Part shown: one piece after another, positions 1 through 10,355 of the stretch | Numbering within the stretch: the first letter of the stretch is position 1 | Layout: every line of letters starts with the position of its first letter | Assembly: GCA_021648085.1 (NCBI GenBank) | Contig: JAKITS010000001.1 | Location: 132,948 to 196,947, forward strand | Reading direction: 5' to 3' | Source: Candidatus Magasanikiibacteriota bacterium | Lineage (GTDB): Bacteria; Patescibacteriota; Patescibacteriia; Magasanikbacterales; UBA922 | Length of the DNA stretch: 64,000 nt | Translations under genes and position numbers: made by a program | Notes under the pieces: model-generated | The model's input: only the letters and a program-made list of their open reading frames with translations | The model's database searches: none | Told to the model about the DNA's origin: nothing

Positions 1-293
1 TTGGCAATGCTTATCAAGAAGCTGTAGGAATTTTAAAAATATATGTTTGGTCGGGTGTAGGACTGTTTGTTTTGTGGGGGATACAGCAACACCTTCTAAT
101 TGGAAATAGGTTGAGTACAATTTTTTATATATATTTAGTTTTGATGATTTTGAATATAAGTCTTAATTTTATATTTATTCCGTATTTTGGTTTATTGGGG
201 GCTGCGTGGGCTACCTTTATTTCTTATTCATTGGGTCCTTTTATAGCATTAATTCTATTTAAAAATAATCTTAAAAAATTTACAAGTTTTTAA
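1..293 (+). CDS. Polysaccharide flippase (Wzx/MOP family), C-terminal part, truncated by window start
   Basis: Frame open from base 3 (GNAYQEAVGILKIYVW...); hydrophobic helices and LNFIFIPYFGLLGAAWAT, typical of a flippase C-terminus. Confidence 0.8.
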   Translation, partial: GNAYQEAVGILKIYVWSGVGLFVLWGIQQHLLIGNRLSTIFYIYLVLMILNISLNFIFIPYFGLLGAAWATFISYSLGPFIALILFKNNLKKFTSF

Positions 294-311
294 GTTAAAT
301 AAAAAAATTTT

Positions 312-938
312 ATGGACACAAAATATTGGGAAAATATATACAAAAATGGAAGTATAATTAAAAAGCCTTCTTTGTTTGCTAAGTTTGTATTAAATAAGCA
401 TATAAAGGATAACGCATCTTTAATAGAATTAGGTTGTGGTAATGGAAGAGATGCTATTTTTTTTGCTTCTAATAATATAAATGTGCTTGCTGTTGATCAG
501 TGTAAAAATAAAATTTCAGAATTAAATAGTAATAAGTATAAAAATTTAATTTTTAAAGCCGGTGATTTTACCAAATTAAATAAATTTGGAACATTTGATA
601 ATATTTATTCTCGTTTTACATTACATTCAATTACAGAAAAAGAAGAAAATAACTTATTTTTATTTGTAAATTCGTGTTTAAATAAAGATGGAAAAATATT
701 TATTGAAGTGAGGGGGGAGAAAAATGGATTGTTTAAAGTTGGTAAACCTGTTATTGGCGAGATAAATGCATTTATTTATAATGGTCATTTTAGAAGGTTT
801 CTTAATATTAATAATATTTGTAAAAAGTTGGAAAGTATAAAATTAAGAATTATATCAGCAGAAGAAAAGACTGGATTTGCTCCTTTAGAGAATGAAGATT
901 TCTTTTTTATAAGAATTGTTGCTCAAAAGAATAGCTAA
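312..938 (+). CDS. Class I SAM-dependent methyltransferase
   Basis: ELGCGNGRD motif I, YSRFTLH; commonly next to LicD genes. Confidence 0.85.
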   Translation: MDTKYWENIYKNGSIIKKPSLFAKFVLNKHIKDNASLIELGCGNGRDAIFFASNNINVLAVDQCKNKISELNSNKYKNLIFKAGDFTKLNKFGTFDNIYSRFTLHSITEKEENNLFLFVNSCLNKDGKIFIEVRGEKNGLFKVGKPVIGEINAFIYNGHFRRFLNINNICKKLESIKLRIISAEEKTGFAPLENEDFFFIRIVAQKNS

Positions 939-944
939 AATATT

Positions 945-1748
945 ATGATTAACGAAGAAATAAAAAAACAAACTAGAAAGATTCAATTACGTTTATTAAA
1001 TGAATTTCAAAAAATATGCGAAAAAAATAAATTTAAGTTTTGGCTTGATTTTGGAACTTTGTTAGGTGCAGTTCGTCATAATGGATTCATTCCTTGGGAT
1101 GATGACATAGATGTCTCTATGCCAATAGAAGATTATAAAAAATTTTTAGAAATAGCTGAAAAGGAGTTACCAAAAGATATTTTTTTGCAAACTCCCAAAA
1201 CTGATAAATCATATAAACAGTATTTTACAAAGTTAAGAGACACTGGTTCTACTTTTTTAGAACACCATGAAAATAAAGAACATCAGCAAAAATATCCATA
1301 TCATAAGGGGATATTTATAGACATATTTCCTTCTGTAGCCTATCCAAAAATGCCTAAGTTATTTAGAAAAATAATGTTTCGGACAACTGTTCGGTCTAGA
1401 TATAATGCTGTTGTGCTATCAAAAAATAGGTGGCTTAATTATCCAATATATTTTTTTTGTAAAAGTGTTTGGTTTTTAGCCTCTTTTTTTAAAAAGACAG
1501 CACTTGGGAGAACACCGGAAGATAATGGATATATGTGTACAACACATATATCTTATATTTTTCCTTTAAAAAAAGTAGAATTTGAAGGTAAGTTCTATTT
1601 TGCGCCTAACAATCCAAATAAACACTTATCTCAAATGTATCGTAATCACACAACACCTACACCAATAGAAAAACGTATTCCGCACGCTAATATTATTTTA
1701 CCAGACACGCCATGTAATCATCCTAAAGCATTCAAAAGAATTGTATGA
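945..1748 (+). CDS. licD: LicD family phosphotransferase
   Basis: GTLLGAVRHNGFIPWDDDID and IDIF signature motifs. Confidence 0.9.
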   Translation: MINEEIKKQTRKIQLRLLNEFQKICEKNKFKFWLDFGTLLGAVRHNGFIPWDDDIDVSMPIEDYKKFLEIAEKELPKDIFLQTPKTDKSYKQYFTKLRDTGSTFLEHHENKEHQQKYPYHKGIFIDIFPSVAYPKMPKLFRKIMFRTTVRSRYNAVVLSKNRWLNYPIYFFCKSVWFLASFFKKTALGRTPEDNGYMCTTHISYIFPLKKVEFEGKFYFAPNNPNKHLSQMYRNHTTPTPIEKRIPHANIILPDTPCNHPKAFKRIV

Positions 1749-2713
1749 ACAATAAAGAGTATAATAAAATAGCACCTGTAGCACTTTTTGTATATAATAG
1801 GCTTAAAAATACAAAGGAGGTATTAGAGGCTTTACAGAAAAATTATTTAGCAAAAAAAACAGATCTTTTTATTTTTTCTGATTTTTATAAAACTGAAAGC
1901 CACAAAAAAGATGTTTTAAATGTAAGAAAATATATAAAAAATATAAGAGGTTTTAAAACTGTAAATATTATTGAAAGAAGAGAAAATTATTATATTGAGA
2001 AAAATATAATAGAGGGTGTAACTGAAATTGTAAATAGGTTTGGAAAAATTATTGTTTTAGAGGATGATGGTGTTACAGCTAGGAATTTTCTAACATTTAT
2101 GAATGGTGCACTTGATTTTTATGAAAAAGAAGATCAAATTATGCATGTCGCTACATTTACATTTATAAAAATGCCAAATGAATATAAAAAAACTTTTTTT
2201 TGGCGTTATACAGAAAATACTGGTGGAGGTTGGGGAACATGGAAAAATAGCTGGGATAAGTTTGAACAGTTTTTCTCAGAAGAAAAAGCTCTGTCTGCAC
2301 TGTCTCTAAATCAAAAAAATAGAATACAACTAAATGGTTCTTTTAAATGTCTTACCACTTTAAAATTAAACCCAATACCTTGGGATATTTGTTGGTATAT
2401 TGCACTTATCAGAAACAATGGTTTATCTGTAAATTCCCCACACGCACTTATTAAAAATAACGGATTATTTAACGGGACTCATTTTACTATAATTAATCGA
2501 CTACTTGGAAAAAGTCCTTTTGAAGTTGAATTAGATAAAAATGAAGAAATTATTTTTGATGATCATATTGTAGAAAATAAGAATGCTATAAAATTATTGA
2601 AAGTATTTTATGAGAAAATGGAAAAAAGAAAAAGAGCTATTATTTTGAATAAGTTTATTCGTATTTTGGTTGTGTTAAAGATCACAAAATTATTAAAGAA
2701 ATTTTTTAAATAA
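1745..2713 (+). CDS. GT-A fold glycosyltransferase
   Basis: APVALFVYNR start, IVLEDD, WGTW; ATGA overlap with licD. Confidence 0.8.
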   Translation: MNNKEYNKIAPVALFVYNRLKNTKEVLEALQKNYLAKKTDLFIFSDFYKTESHKKDVLNVRKYIKNIRGFKTVNIIERRENYYIEKNIIEGVTEIVNRFGKIIVLEDDGVTARNFLTFMNGALDFYEKEDQIMHVATFTFIKMPNEYKKTFFWRYTENTGGGWGTWKNSWDKFEQFFSEEKALSALSLNQKNRIQLNGSFKCLTTLKLNPIPWDICWYIALIRNNGLSVNSPHALIKNNGLFNGTHFTIINRLLGKSPFEVELDKNEEIIFDDHIVENKNAIKLLKVFYEKMEKRKRAIILNKFIRILVVLKITKLLKKFFK

Positions 2714-2719
2714 GTGTAT

Positions 2720-3406
2720 ATGTTAAAAAAGCTGTTTAATATTTATCGTTTTTTATTTCCAAAGTCAAAAGTTATATTTAATGACTTACAAAGAATATAT
2801 CCAATAAGTACCATGTTTGGTTTTGATCGCGGAACACCTATTGATAGATATTATATTGAGAATTTTTTATCAGCTAATTCCAAATTTATTACAGGTAAAG
2901 TGTTGGAAATTGGTGATAATATATATACTTTAAAGTACGGTAATAAAAATGTGAAAAGTGAGGTGTTGGGATTTGATAAAACATCTCCAAATGTAACTAT
3001 AATTGGTGATCTAACAAAAATGGAAACACTGCCTAATAAAGAAATTGATTGTTTTATCTGTACTCAGACTTACAATTTTATTTATGATGTAAAAAAAGCT
3101 ATAAAAGGTAGTTATTATATCTTAAAAGAAAAAGGTACTTTGTTAGGTACGGTGTCTGGTATTTCTCAGATTTCACGATATGATATGGATAAATGGGGTG
3201 ATTATTGGCGTTTTACAGATAAATCTATTCGAATTCTTTTGGAAGAAGCAGGTTTTAAAAATATTAATGTATATCCAATGGGAAATGTATTAGCGTCCAT
3301 AGCTTTTTTACAAGGTGTTGTGATAGAGGATATGCCTAAAAAACAATTATTAAATAAACATGATAAAGATTATCAGTTAACAATATGTTTTACCGCAATA
3401 AAATAG
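2720..3406 (+). CDS. SAM-dependent methyltransferase (glycan-associated)
   Basis: FGFDRGTPIDRYYIE, VLEIG, GDYWRFT; ATG at 2720 preferred over GTG 2714. Confidence 0.8.
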   Translation: MLKKLFNIYRFLFPKSKVIFNDLQRIYPISTMFGFDRGTPIDRYYIENFLSANSKFITGKVLEIGDNIYTLKYGNKNVKSEVLGFDKTSPNVTIIGDLTKMETLPNKEIDCFICTQTYNFIYDVKKAIKGSYYILKEKGTLLGTVSGISQISRYDMDKWGDYWRFTDKSIRILLEEAGFKNINVYPMGNVLASIAFLQGVVIEDMPKKQLLNKHDKDYQLTICFTAIK

Positions 3407-4389
3407 AGCAAGTTTTTAAAAATATTTTAACATCTGGTATTTCTCAAAAAATATTTAGTTTTTCAGATGGAAGTATAGCAACAATTTTAATGTTGCATAG
3501 AGTAGATAATATTGACACTTGCCGTTTTTTGTGTAATGAGCACTTAAAAATTTCTGAAGTTTTTTTAGAAAATTTAATTTTAGACTTTAAGAAAAAAGGT
3601 TTTATTTTTGTAAGTATTGATGAATTATTTAATAATTTAAATAAAAATGCAAATAATAAAAAGATGGTTGTTATTACTTTGGACGATGGTTATAAAGATA
3701 ATATTACAAAAGGTTTGCCGGTATTTAAAAAACATAACGTGCCATTTGTTGTGTATGTGACTACTGGAATGGTCGAACATGAGTTTATCTATTGGTGGTA
3801 TCTACTTGAAGATTTAATTTCTCAAAATAATAGTATTATTTTGAGCGATGGTAGTGTTTATAATTGCAAAAGTAAAAAAGATAAAGAAGCTACTTTTATG
3901 AGGATACGTCAAAAAATTATGTCTATAAATCCTAAAAATTTTTCAGAAATTTTTACTAAATTATTTTCGAATTATAAAATTGACCTTTACAAGTATAATG
4001 ATATTTTACCAATGTCTTGGGAAGACGTGAGATTATTGGTGGATGAGCCACTTGCAACAGTAGGCTCACATACACATTCACATATAAATTTTAAATTTTT
4101 TAATGAACTCGAGATAGTTAGTGATATAAAAAAGGCTAATATTTTATTTAAACAAAAAGTAAATTTTAAACCTAATCATTTTTGTTATCCTTATGGAGAC
4201 AATTTGAGTCCTAGAGATGAAAGAATTGTTAAATCTTTGGGTTTTAAAACTGCAGTCACAGCAAGTGTTGGTAATATTTATTCAAATTATAAAGATAAGT
4301 TGTTTTCATTACCTCGCATATTTGTTGCAGAAAATGCAAATCCTAATATTTTTAAACATATGACTTGGTTGAAATATAAAAATAAATAA
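3385..4389 (+). CDS. Polysaccharide deacetylase (CE4/NodB family)
   Basis: ITLDDGY, SHTHSH, FCYPYG, LPRI motifs. Confidence 0.88.
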   Translation: MFYRNKIEQVFKNILTSGISQKIFSFSDGSIATILMLHRVDNIDTCRFLCNEHLKISEVFLENLILDFKKKGFIFVSIDELFNNLNKNANNKKMVVITLDDGYKDNITKGLPVFKKHNVPFVVYVTTGMVEHEFIYWWYLLEDLISQNNSIILSDGSVYNCKSKKDKEATFMRIRQKIMSINPKNFSEIFTKLFSNYKIDLYKYNDILPMSWEDVRLLVDEPLATVGSHTHSHINFKFFNELEIVSDIKKANILFKQKVNFKPNHFCYPYGDNLSPRDERIVKSLGFKTAVTASVGNIYSNYKDKLFSLPRIFVAENANPNIFKHMTWLKYKNK

Positions 4390-4414
4390 TTTTAGTATTT
4401 ATATTCTTAATATT

Positions 4415-5647
4415 ATGTATAAAAAACTATCTATAATAATGCCGTGTTATAATTGTGAGTCTACGATTGAAGAAGCCGTAAACTCTATTTATAAGCAAGA
4501 TTTACAAATACCGTTTGAGGTGGTTATGGTAAATGATGGGTCAACTGATAATACAGAAAAAATTATAAATAATTTAGTTATTAGGTTTAGTGAAATAAAA
4601 CGTATTATCCATAAGCAAAATAGAGGTGGTGGAGCAACAAGAAATACAGCTGTAAAAAATTCAGACGGAGACTTAATTTTTTGTTTAGATAGTGACGATA
4701 TTTTACCAAAAAATATGCTCTATAAAATGGTGGAATGTATAAGTAAAAAAAAAGTTGATGGAGTTGTTTTTCACGAAGCCAGATTTTTTAAAGGTTTAAA
4801 TAAAAATAAAACTAGTAGTAGTTTTAACAATATAAATAATAGAAATTTTGAAGTAAAAGACTTGTTTAATGAGAATAACGGATCTTTGACATTGGTTAAT
4901 TTTTTATATACTAAAAAAGCTTTTGATATTGCTGGTGGTTATCCGGAAAATCATAATATGGACACCCAAGCTTTTGGATTTCGCTTTATTACTAAGGGTT
5001 TAAAAGCTTGTGTTTGTCCGGATACTTATTATTTTCATAGACAAGCTAATAAAAAATCATATTTTGAAAGAATGTATGAGTCAGGTGAATTCTCATTAAA
5101 CTTTTATTATATATATGAAGAAATATTATATCTTTTTTCCAGAGAAGATGTAAAAAATATTATTAAGTATAATGTTTTTAAAAATTCTAAATTAGGAGAA
5201 AAAAATTTAAAAGTTGAATTGGATCTGAAATATTTGAAAAAAAAAGATAGTTTGTTTATATCTAATTACAAAAATTATGTTATTAAAGATGGTTTTGATA
5301 AATATATAAAAGAAACGCCAGAATGTGAGGAATTTTATAATAAATTTATTAGGGCTGTTTATTTTTATAAAAAACATGAGTTTAATAAGGCATTAGATTT
5401 ATTTATAGAATCGTTAAATTTTGACACTTTCAATAAATTAGTGTACTTTAACATAATACGTTGCGTCGTCGCCCTGTCTGGTGTAAATAGAAATTTAATT
5501 GAAAAAGAGTCTGTAAAAATAACTGAATTACTAGCTTTAAAAAAACAAAAGATAAATTTAAATCCAAATTTTATTAAAAAAATATTAATTTTTTTATGGA
5601 AATTTGTTAAAAAATATAAAAAAGTTTTTAATAATAGGATAAAATAA
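4415..5647 (+). CDS. Glycosyltransferase family 2 with helical C-terminal extension
   Basis: SIIMPCYN, VNDGSTD, LDSDD. Confidence 0.88.
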   Translation: MYKKLSIIMPCYNCESTIEEAVNSIYKQDLQIPFEVVMVNDGSTDNTEKIINNLVIRFSEIKRIIHKQNRGGGATRNTAVKNSDGDLIFCLDSDDILPKNMLYKMVECISKKKVDGVVFHEARFFKGLNKNKTSSSFNNINNRNFEVKDLFNENNGSLTLVNFLYTKKAFDIAGGYPENHNMDTQAFGFRFITKGLKACVCPDTYYFHRQANKKSYFERMYESGEFSLNFYYIYEEILYLFSREDVKNIIKYNVFKNSKLGEKNLKVELDLKYLKKKDSLFISNYKNYVIKDGFDKYIKETPECEEFYNKFIRAVYFYKKHEFNKALDLFIESLNFDTFNKLVYFNIIRCVVALSGVNRNLIEKESVKITELLALKKQKINLNPNFIKKILIFLWKFVKKYKKVFNNRIK

Positions 5648-5651
5648 AAAT

Positions 5652-6593
5652 ATGATAAAGGCGATTTTGTTTGATTTGGATGGGGTTTTGGTAAATATGC
5701 CTGATGGGCATTATGAAGCTCTAAATAAGACTTTAAATCTTTTTGGTACGCAGATTGAAAGAGAAGAGCATGTGTTAAACTTCAACGGATTACCAACAAG
5801 AAAGAAGGTTGAAAAATTACAAGAGCAGGGGCGCTTACCTAATGGTTTAGTAGAATTAATAAATAGTGTTAAGCAAATACACACAAAAAAAATTATTCCA
5901 AAATATTGTGTACCAGATTATTCAAAAATTATTTTGTTAAAACAGTTAAAGAAAAAAGGATATAAATTGGCTTGTTGTTCAAACTCTGTAAAAGAAACTT
6001 TACATTTAATGCTTAAATCTGCACAGTTATTTGATTATTTTGATTTTATTATAGGCAATGATGAGGTTGTTAATTCAAAGCCAGATCCAGAAATATATCT
6101 CAAAACATTTGAAAAAATGGGTTTAAAGCCAAATGAATGTATTATTGTGGAAGATGCTCCACCTGGTGTTGAGGCAGCAAAGAGAAGTGGTGGTATTGTA
6201 TACCAAGTAAAAGGTGTTGAGGATGTTAACTTATCTTTGTTTAAAGATTTATTATTGAACAAAATACAAAAAACTTTAAAATTAAGTGATTTTACAAAAG
6301 GTTGGATTATTGGTGATTTTGATTTGAGTATTTTAAAAACTAAGGATTTTGAGGTCGCCATAAAATATTATAAAAAAGGAGATTTAGAACCTGAACATGT
6401 TCACAAAATAGCAAGAGAAATTACAGTTTTCATTTCTGGAATTTTTAAAATGAATGGTAAAGAATTTAGAAAAGGTGAAATCATGGTTTTGGATCCTAGT
6501 GAAAGTAGCAGTTTCGAGTGTTTAGAAGATGGATTTATTATAGTAATTAAAACACCATCAGTTGTGGGGGATAAATATATAATTAATAAGTAA
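5652..6593 (+). CDS. HAD family phosphatase fused to a C-terminal cupin-like domain
   Basis: FDLDGVL, KPDP, VEDA HAD motifs; C-terminal GWIIGDF...HVHK..EITV...KTPS cupin-like segment. Confidence 0.8.
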   Translation: MIKAILFDLDGVLVNMPDGHYEALNKTLNLFGTQIEREEHVLNFNGLPTRKKVEKLQEQGRLPNGLVELINSVKQIHTKKIIPKYCVPDYSKIILLKQLKKKGYKLACCSNSVKETLHLMLKSAQLFDYFDFIIGNDEVVNSKPDPEIYLKTFEKMGLKPNECIIVEDAPPGVEAAKRSGGIVYQVKGVEDVNLSLFKDLLLNKIQKTLKLSDFTKGWIIGDFDLSILKTKDFEVAIKYYKKGDLEPEHVHKIAREITVFISGIFKMNGKEFRKGEIMVLDPSESSSFECLEDGFIIVIKTPSVVGDKYIINK

Positions 6594-6597
6594 TATT

Positions 6598-7353
6598 ATG
6601 TCAAAAACACTAAATATAATAATTCCAATGGCAGGAAAAGGATCTCGTTTTAGAGATGTTGGTTATACATTTCCAAAACCTATTATAGATATAAAAGGAA
6701 AAACAATGATTGAGGTTGTAATAAACAATCTTAAGCCAGATTGTGACCATAAGTTTATTTTTATTTGTCAGAGAGAGCATTATGAAAAATATGATCTTTA
6801 TAATATTTTAAAAAACGCTACAGACAATAAGTTTGAAATTGTACAAATAGATGGTATTACAGAAGGTGCTGTTTGTACAGTTCTTTGTGCTCTACAATAT
6901 ATAAACAATGAAAATGATATTGTGATAGCAAATTCAGATCAGTTTATTAGTATGGGATTGAATGATTTTATTAATGACGCTAGATGTGGGGATAAGGACG
7001 GGTTGATTATGACTTTTAAAGCAAGTCACCCTAAGTGGAGTTATGCTAGAGTAGGTGAGGACGGTAATGTTGTGGAAGTGGCAGAAAAACGAGTAATTTC
7101 AGATAAGGCAACTGTGGGAATTTACTATTTTAAATCAGGTAAAGAATTTATAAGATCTGCACAGTCTATGATAGAAAAGGATATGCGACATAATAATGAA
7201 TTTTATGTTTGTCCTGTGTATAATGAAATGATTTTGGAAGATAAAAATATAGGTATAAAAAACATAGAAGTGGAAGAGATGCACGGTTTAGGAACGCCAG
7301 AGGATTTAAATGAGTTTTTGAAAAAATTAGATGGTGGAAGTGTAAAAATTTAA
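6598..7353 (+). CDS. Sugar-phosphate nucleotidyltransferase-like protein (NTP_transferase fold)
   Basis: IPMAGKGSRF...PKP, ANSDQ, EVAEK, NNEFYVCPVYN, GLGTPEDL. Confidence 0.85.
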   Translation: MSKTLNIIIPMAGKGSRFRDVGYTFPKPIIDIKGKTMIEVVINNLKPDCDHKFIFICQREHYEKYDLYNILKNATDNKFEIVQIDGITEGAVCTVLCALQYINNENDIVIANSDQFISMGLNDFINDARCGDKDGLIMTFKASHPKWSYARVGEDGNVVEVAEKRVISDKATVGIYYFKSGKEFIRSAQSMIEKDMRHNNEFYVCPVYNEMILEDKNIGIKNIEVEEMHGLGTPEDLNEFLKKLDGGSVKI

Positions 7354-7359
7354 ATTTTT

Positions 7360-8223
7360 ATGATTATCACGCTTACTCATAGAGGTCTTGAGCCTAAAAA
7401 AAAAGATTTTTTTACTGAAAGCTCTTTTGAGGCTTTTGAGGATCAAGCAAAAAGAGGGTTTGGGCTTGAGTTTGATGTAAATTTTTCCAAAGATAATAAG
7501 GTTGTTATTTTTCATGATCAAGGATTGGAAAGGATAACAAATGGAAAAGACAATAGACTGTTTTCTGGTATGACATTGGATGAAATTAAAAGAGTTAAGT
7601 TTAAAAAAGGAAGGGTGTGTAGTTTGAATGAAGTGTTGTTAATTATAAAGTATGGTAGCAGTAAAATGAATGCACTCCATCTGAAGGGAAAATATCAGGA
7701 TGAAAAATATCTGGAAATTTTGTTGAAATATTTTAAAAAATTTCAACAAATAATGAATAAAATAATTATTTTTGATGTTAAGGTTGAAACTGCTAAATAT
7801 TTACTAGAAAGAATGCCAGATTTAATTCTAGCACCATCAGTATCTCACAAATATGACATAAAGAGATATAATACTTGTGTAAATAATACCTTGCTCACTA
7901 TTGAAGAGGTAATAAGTAATAAAAAGTTATTTCAATGGGTTTGGCTTGATGAGTGGGATAGGCATGACGAGGGTGGACAAAAGAAAACATTTTATAATGA
8001 ACGGGTTTTTTCTTTGCTAAAAAAAGAAGGTTTTAATATTGCCTTGGTTACTCCAGAACTACACGGAACTTCACCTGGATTATTAGGTGGTGAGACTCAT
8101 CAAGATGCAAAAAATTTAAATACAATCAGAAAAAGAATTGAAAAAATTTTGAAATTAAATCCCAATATGGTGTGTACAGATTATCCAGAGTTAATTTTGG
8201 AATGTTTATTACTTGTAAAATGA
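7360..8223 (+). CDS. Glycerophosphodiester phosphodiesterase family protein
   Basis: THRG, GLEFDV, VIFHD, CTDYP. Confidence 0.75.
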   Translation: MIITLTHRGLEPKKKDFFTESSFEAFEDQAKRGFGLEFDVNFSKDNKVVIFHDQGLERITNGKDNRLFSGMTLDEIKRVKFKKGRVCSLNEVLLIIKYGSSKMNALHLKGKYQDEKYLEILLKYFKKFQQIMNKIIIFDVKVETAKYLLERMPDLILAPSVSHKYDIKRYNTCVNNTLLTIEEVISNKKLFQWVWLDEWDRHDEGGQKKTFYNERVFSLLKKEGFNIALVTPELHGTSPGLLGGETHQDAKNLNTIRKRIEKILKLNPNMVCTDYPELILECLLLVK

Positions 8224-9227
8224 CAAAGATAAAAATAGAAAAATTTAAAAGTTGTAAAAATAGAATTGTTTTACGGTTGAAACATTTTTTTTGTGGTTAT
8301 ATAACTTTTCATATTCGTCCTAAAAATTCTTCAGATATTAATATTTGGCATGATTCTTTGGTTAATTATTCTAAGGTTGCAATAATAATTCAAGGTCCTT
8401 TGTTAAAAAAAAATAATTTTACTTTGGAAACAGTAAGACTTTATAAAAAAATATTTAATAAATATGCAATTATTTTATCCACATGGGAAGATGAGGATGT
8501 TGACTATATAAATGAAATTAAAAAAGAGGGGATAGTAGTTTTGTTAAATAAAAAACCTGATTATTCTGGAATTTCTCATATTAATTATCAAATTGTTTCA
8601 ACTAGTAACGCTATTGCAAAAGCACAAGAAATTGGTGTAGAATACATTCTGAAAACAAGAACTGATTTAAGAATATATAATCCAAATTCAATTGAATTTC
8701 TTGTTAATTTTATAAGTTTATTTCCCGTAGATCCGCTTTATAAACAAAAAAAGAGAATTGCAGGTATTAGTTTGAACACTTTTAAATATCGTCCTTATAG
8801 TATTTCTGATATGGTTTTGTTTGGTTGTGTTGATGATATGGTGGATTATTGGGGGTGTGGTTTGGATATGAGAAAAGATTTTGCAAATCATGAAAAAATA
8901 GGAGATTGGTCGAGAGCTAGGTTGTGCGAGGTGTATCTGTCTGCAAATTATTTAGAAACTAAAGGTAGAAAACTTAAATGGACAATAGAAGACAGTTGGT
9001 CTATGTTTGCAAACTATTTTTGTATATTTGATCAGCAAAGCTTGGATATTTATTGGCATAAATACGCAAGAAATTTAGAATATAGAAGATTAGAATACAA
9101 AAATCTTAAAAATAGTCAGGAGCTAACTTTTTCTGAGTGGTTAAATATGTTTTACAATTTAAACAATAAAAAAAATATTCCAGAATATATTTTAAGTCAG
9201 AAATTTAAAGAAAAAATAAAGCAATAA
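8220..9227 (+). CDS. WavE lipopolysaccharide-synthesis family protein
   Basis: IIIQGP, ILSTW, NYQIVST, LKTRTD, SDMVLFG; ATG 8220 forms ATGA overlap with the upstream stop. Confidence 0.7.
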   Translation: MTKIKIEKFKSCKNRIVLRLKHFFCGYITFHIRPKNSSDINIWHDSLVNYSKVAIIIQGPLLKKNNFTLETVRLYKKIFNKYAIILSTWEDEDVDYINEIKKEGIVVLLNKKPDYSGISHINYQIVSTSNAIAKAQEIGVEYILKTRTDLRIYNPNSIEFLVNFISLFPVDPLYKQKKRIAGISLNTFKYRPYSISDMVLFGCVDDMVDYWGCGLDMRKDFANHEKIGDWSRARLCEVYLSANYLETKGRKLKWTIEDSWSMFANYFCIFDQQSLDIYWHKYARNLEYRRLEYKNLKNSQELTFSEWLNMFYNLNNKKNIPEYILSQKFKEKIKQ

Positions 9228-9287
9228 CTTTTTTATTCATATGTTTTAATTTAAATTTCAATAATTAATTTTAAAAATAAATATAAT

Positions 9288-10349
9288 ATGACAGACGACA
9301 CAATAAATGTTCAGGTAAACAGTTTTGATATAGAGAATACGAAAAAAGAAAGTTCATTTACTTCAACAGGAGATAAATTGTTATATCACGAAAAAGCCAT
9401 TGAAGACCTTAGGTGGAAAAAAAATCATCCTATAGTTTTACATATAATGCCTACAGAAATTTGTAATTTGCGGTGTGTATTTTGTTCTGTAGCTCAAAGA
9501 GGTGAAGAGGGGAAATTATTACCAGACCTGACTATGGACCAGATTAAAAGTGTGGTAACAGAATTTAAAAAGATGGGTCTAAAAGCTGTTATTTTAAGTG
9601 GGGGAGGTGAGCCGTCTGTATATCGACATATCAATGAGTTATTAGAGTATCTACATTCAGAAGGTTTGGAAATTGGGATGATATCTAATGGGGTAGTATT
9701 ATCAAATAAGGTTGATGAGGACAAGTTGAAGTATTTAACTTGGTTAAGGATCTCAATAAATGCTCTTGATTATGTTCCAGATATTAAAATACCTAAGTTA
9801 GATTCAGAAAAAACAACATTAGGGTTTAGTTACATTTGGAATCCGCTATCATCAGAAGAGGTTATAAATAAAATAAAAAACAAAGTACAAGAAATTTCAA
9901 CTACAAACAAAGTTGAATACATTAGATTATTACCCGATTGCAATCTTGAAACAGGTGAATTGGAGGCTGCACATGAAAAATTAAGAAAAATTACAAAAAG
10001 ACTTGGTGCACCTTTCTTCCATCAATATAAAACACATATAACACCAAAAGAATGTCATCTCGGAAGAGTTCATCCGGTACTTTATGTGGATGGATATGTG
10101 TATCCATGTGATTCTCTGGTTTTAAATTCCCCAGCTGATGACAAGAAATTTCATAGAGAATTTGCTTTATGTAAATGGGATGAGGTTGAAGAGTTTTATT
10201 CACAAAAAATAAACGGCACATTAATAAATACTGAAAAATGCCACAATTGTGTATTTAGTCGTCAAAATGAACTTTTGTCTAAAATTATTAACACAAAAGA
10301 TGAACTACCTAAACCAAACAAAGACTTAAAACATAAAAATTTTATTTAA
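9288..10349 (+). CDS. Radical SAM protein with C-terminal SPASM/twitch-like Cys cluster
   Basis: CNLRCVFC, SGGGEP, C-terminal C...GYVYPC...CHNC. Confidence 0.88.
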   Translation: MTDDTINVQVNSFDIENTKKESSFTSTGDKLLYHEKAIEDLRWKKNHPIVLHIMPTEICNLRCVFCSVAQRGEEGKLLPDLTMDQIKSVVTEFKKMGLKAVILSGGGEPSVYRHINELLEYLHSEGLEIGMISNGVVLSNKVDEDKLKYLTWLRISINALDYVPDIKIPKLDSEKTTLGFSYIWNPLSSEEVINKIKNKVQEISTTNKVEYIRLLPDCNLETGELEAAHEKLRKITKRLGAPFFHQYKTHITPKECHLGRVHPVLYVDGYVYPCDSLVLNSPADDKKFHREFALCKWDEVEEFYSQKINGTLINTEKCHNCVFSRQNELLSKIINTKDELPKPNKDLKHKNFI

Positions 10350-10355
10350 TTTTTT

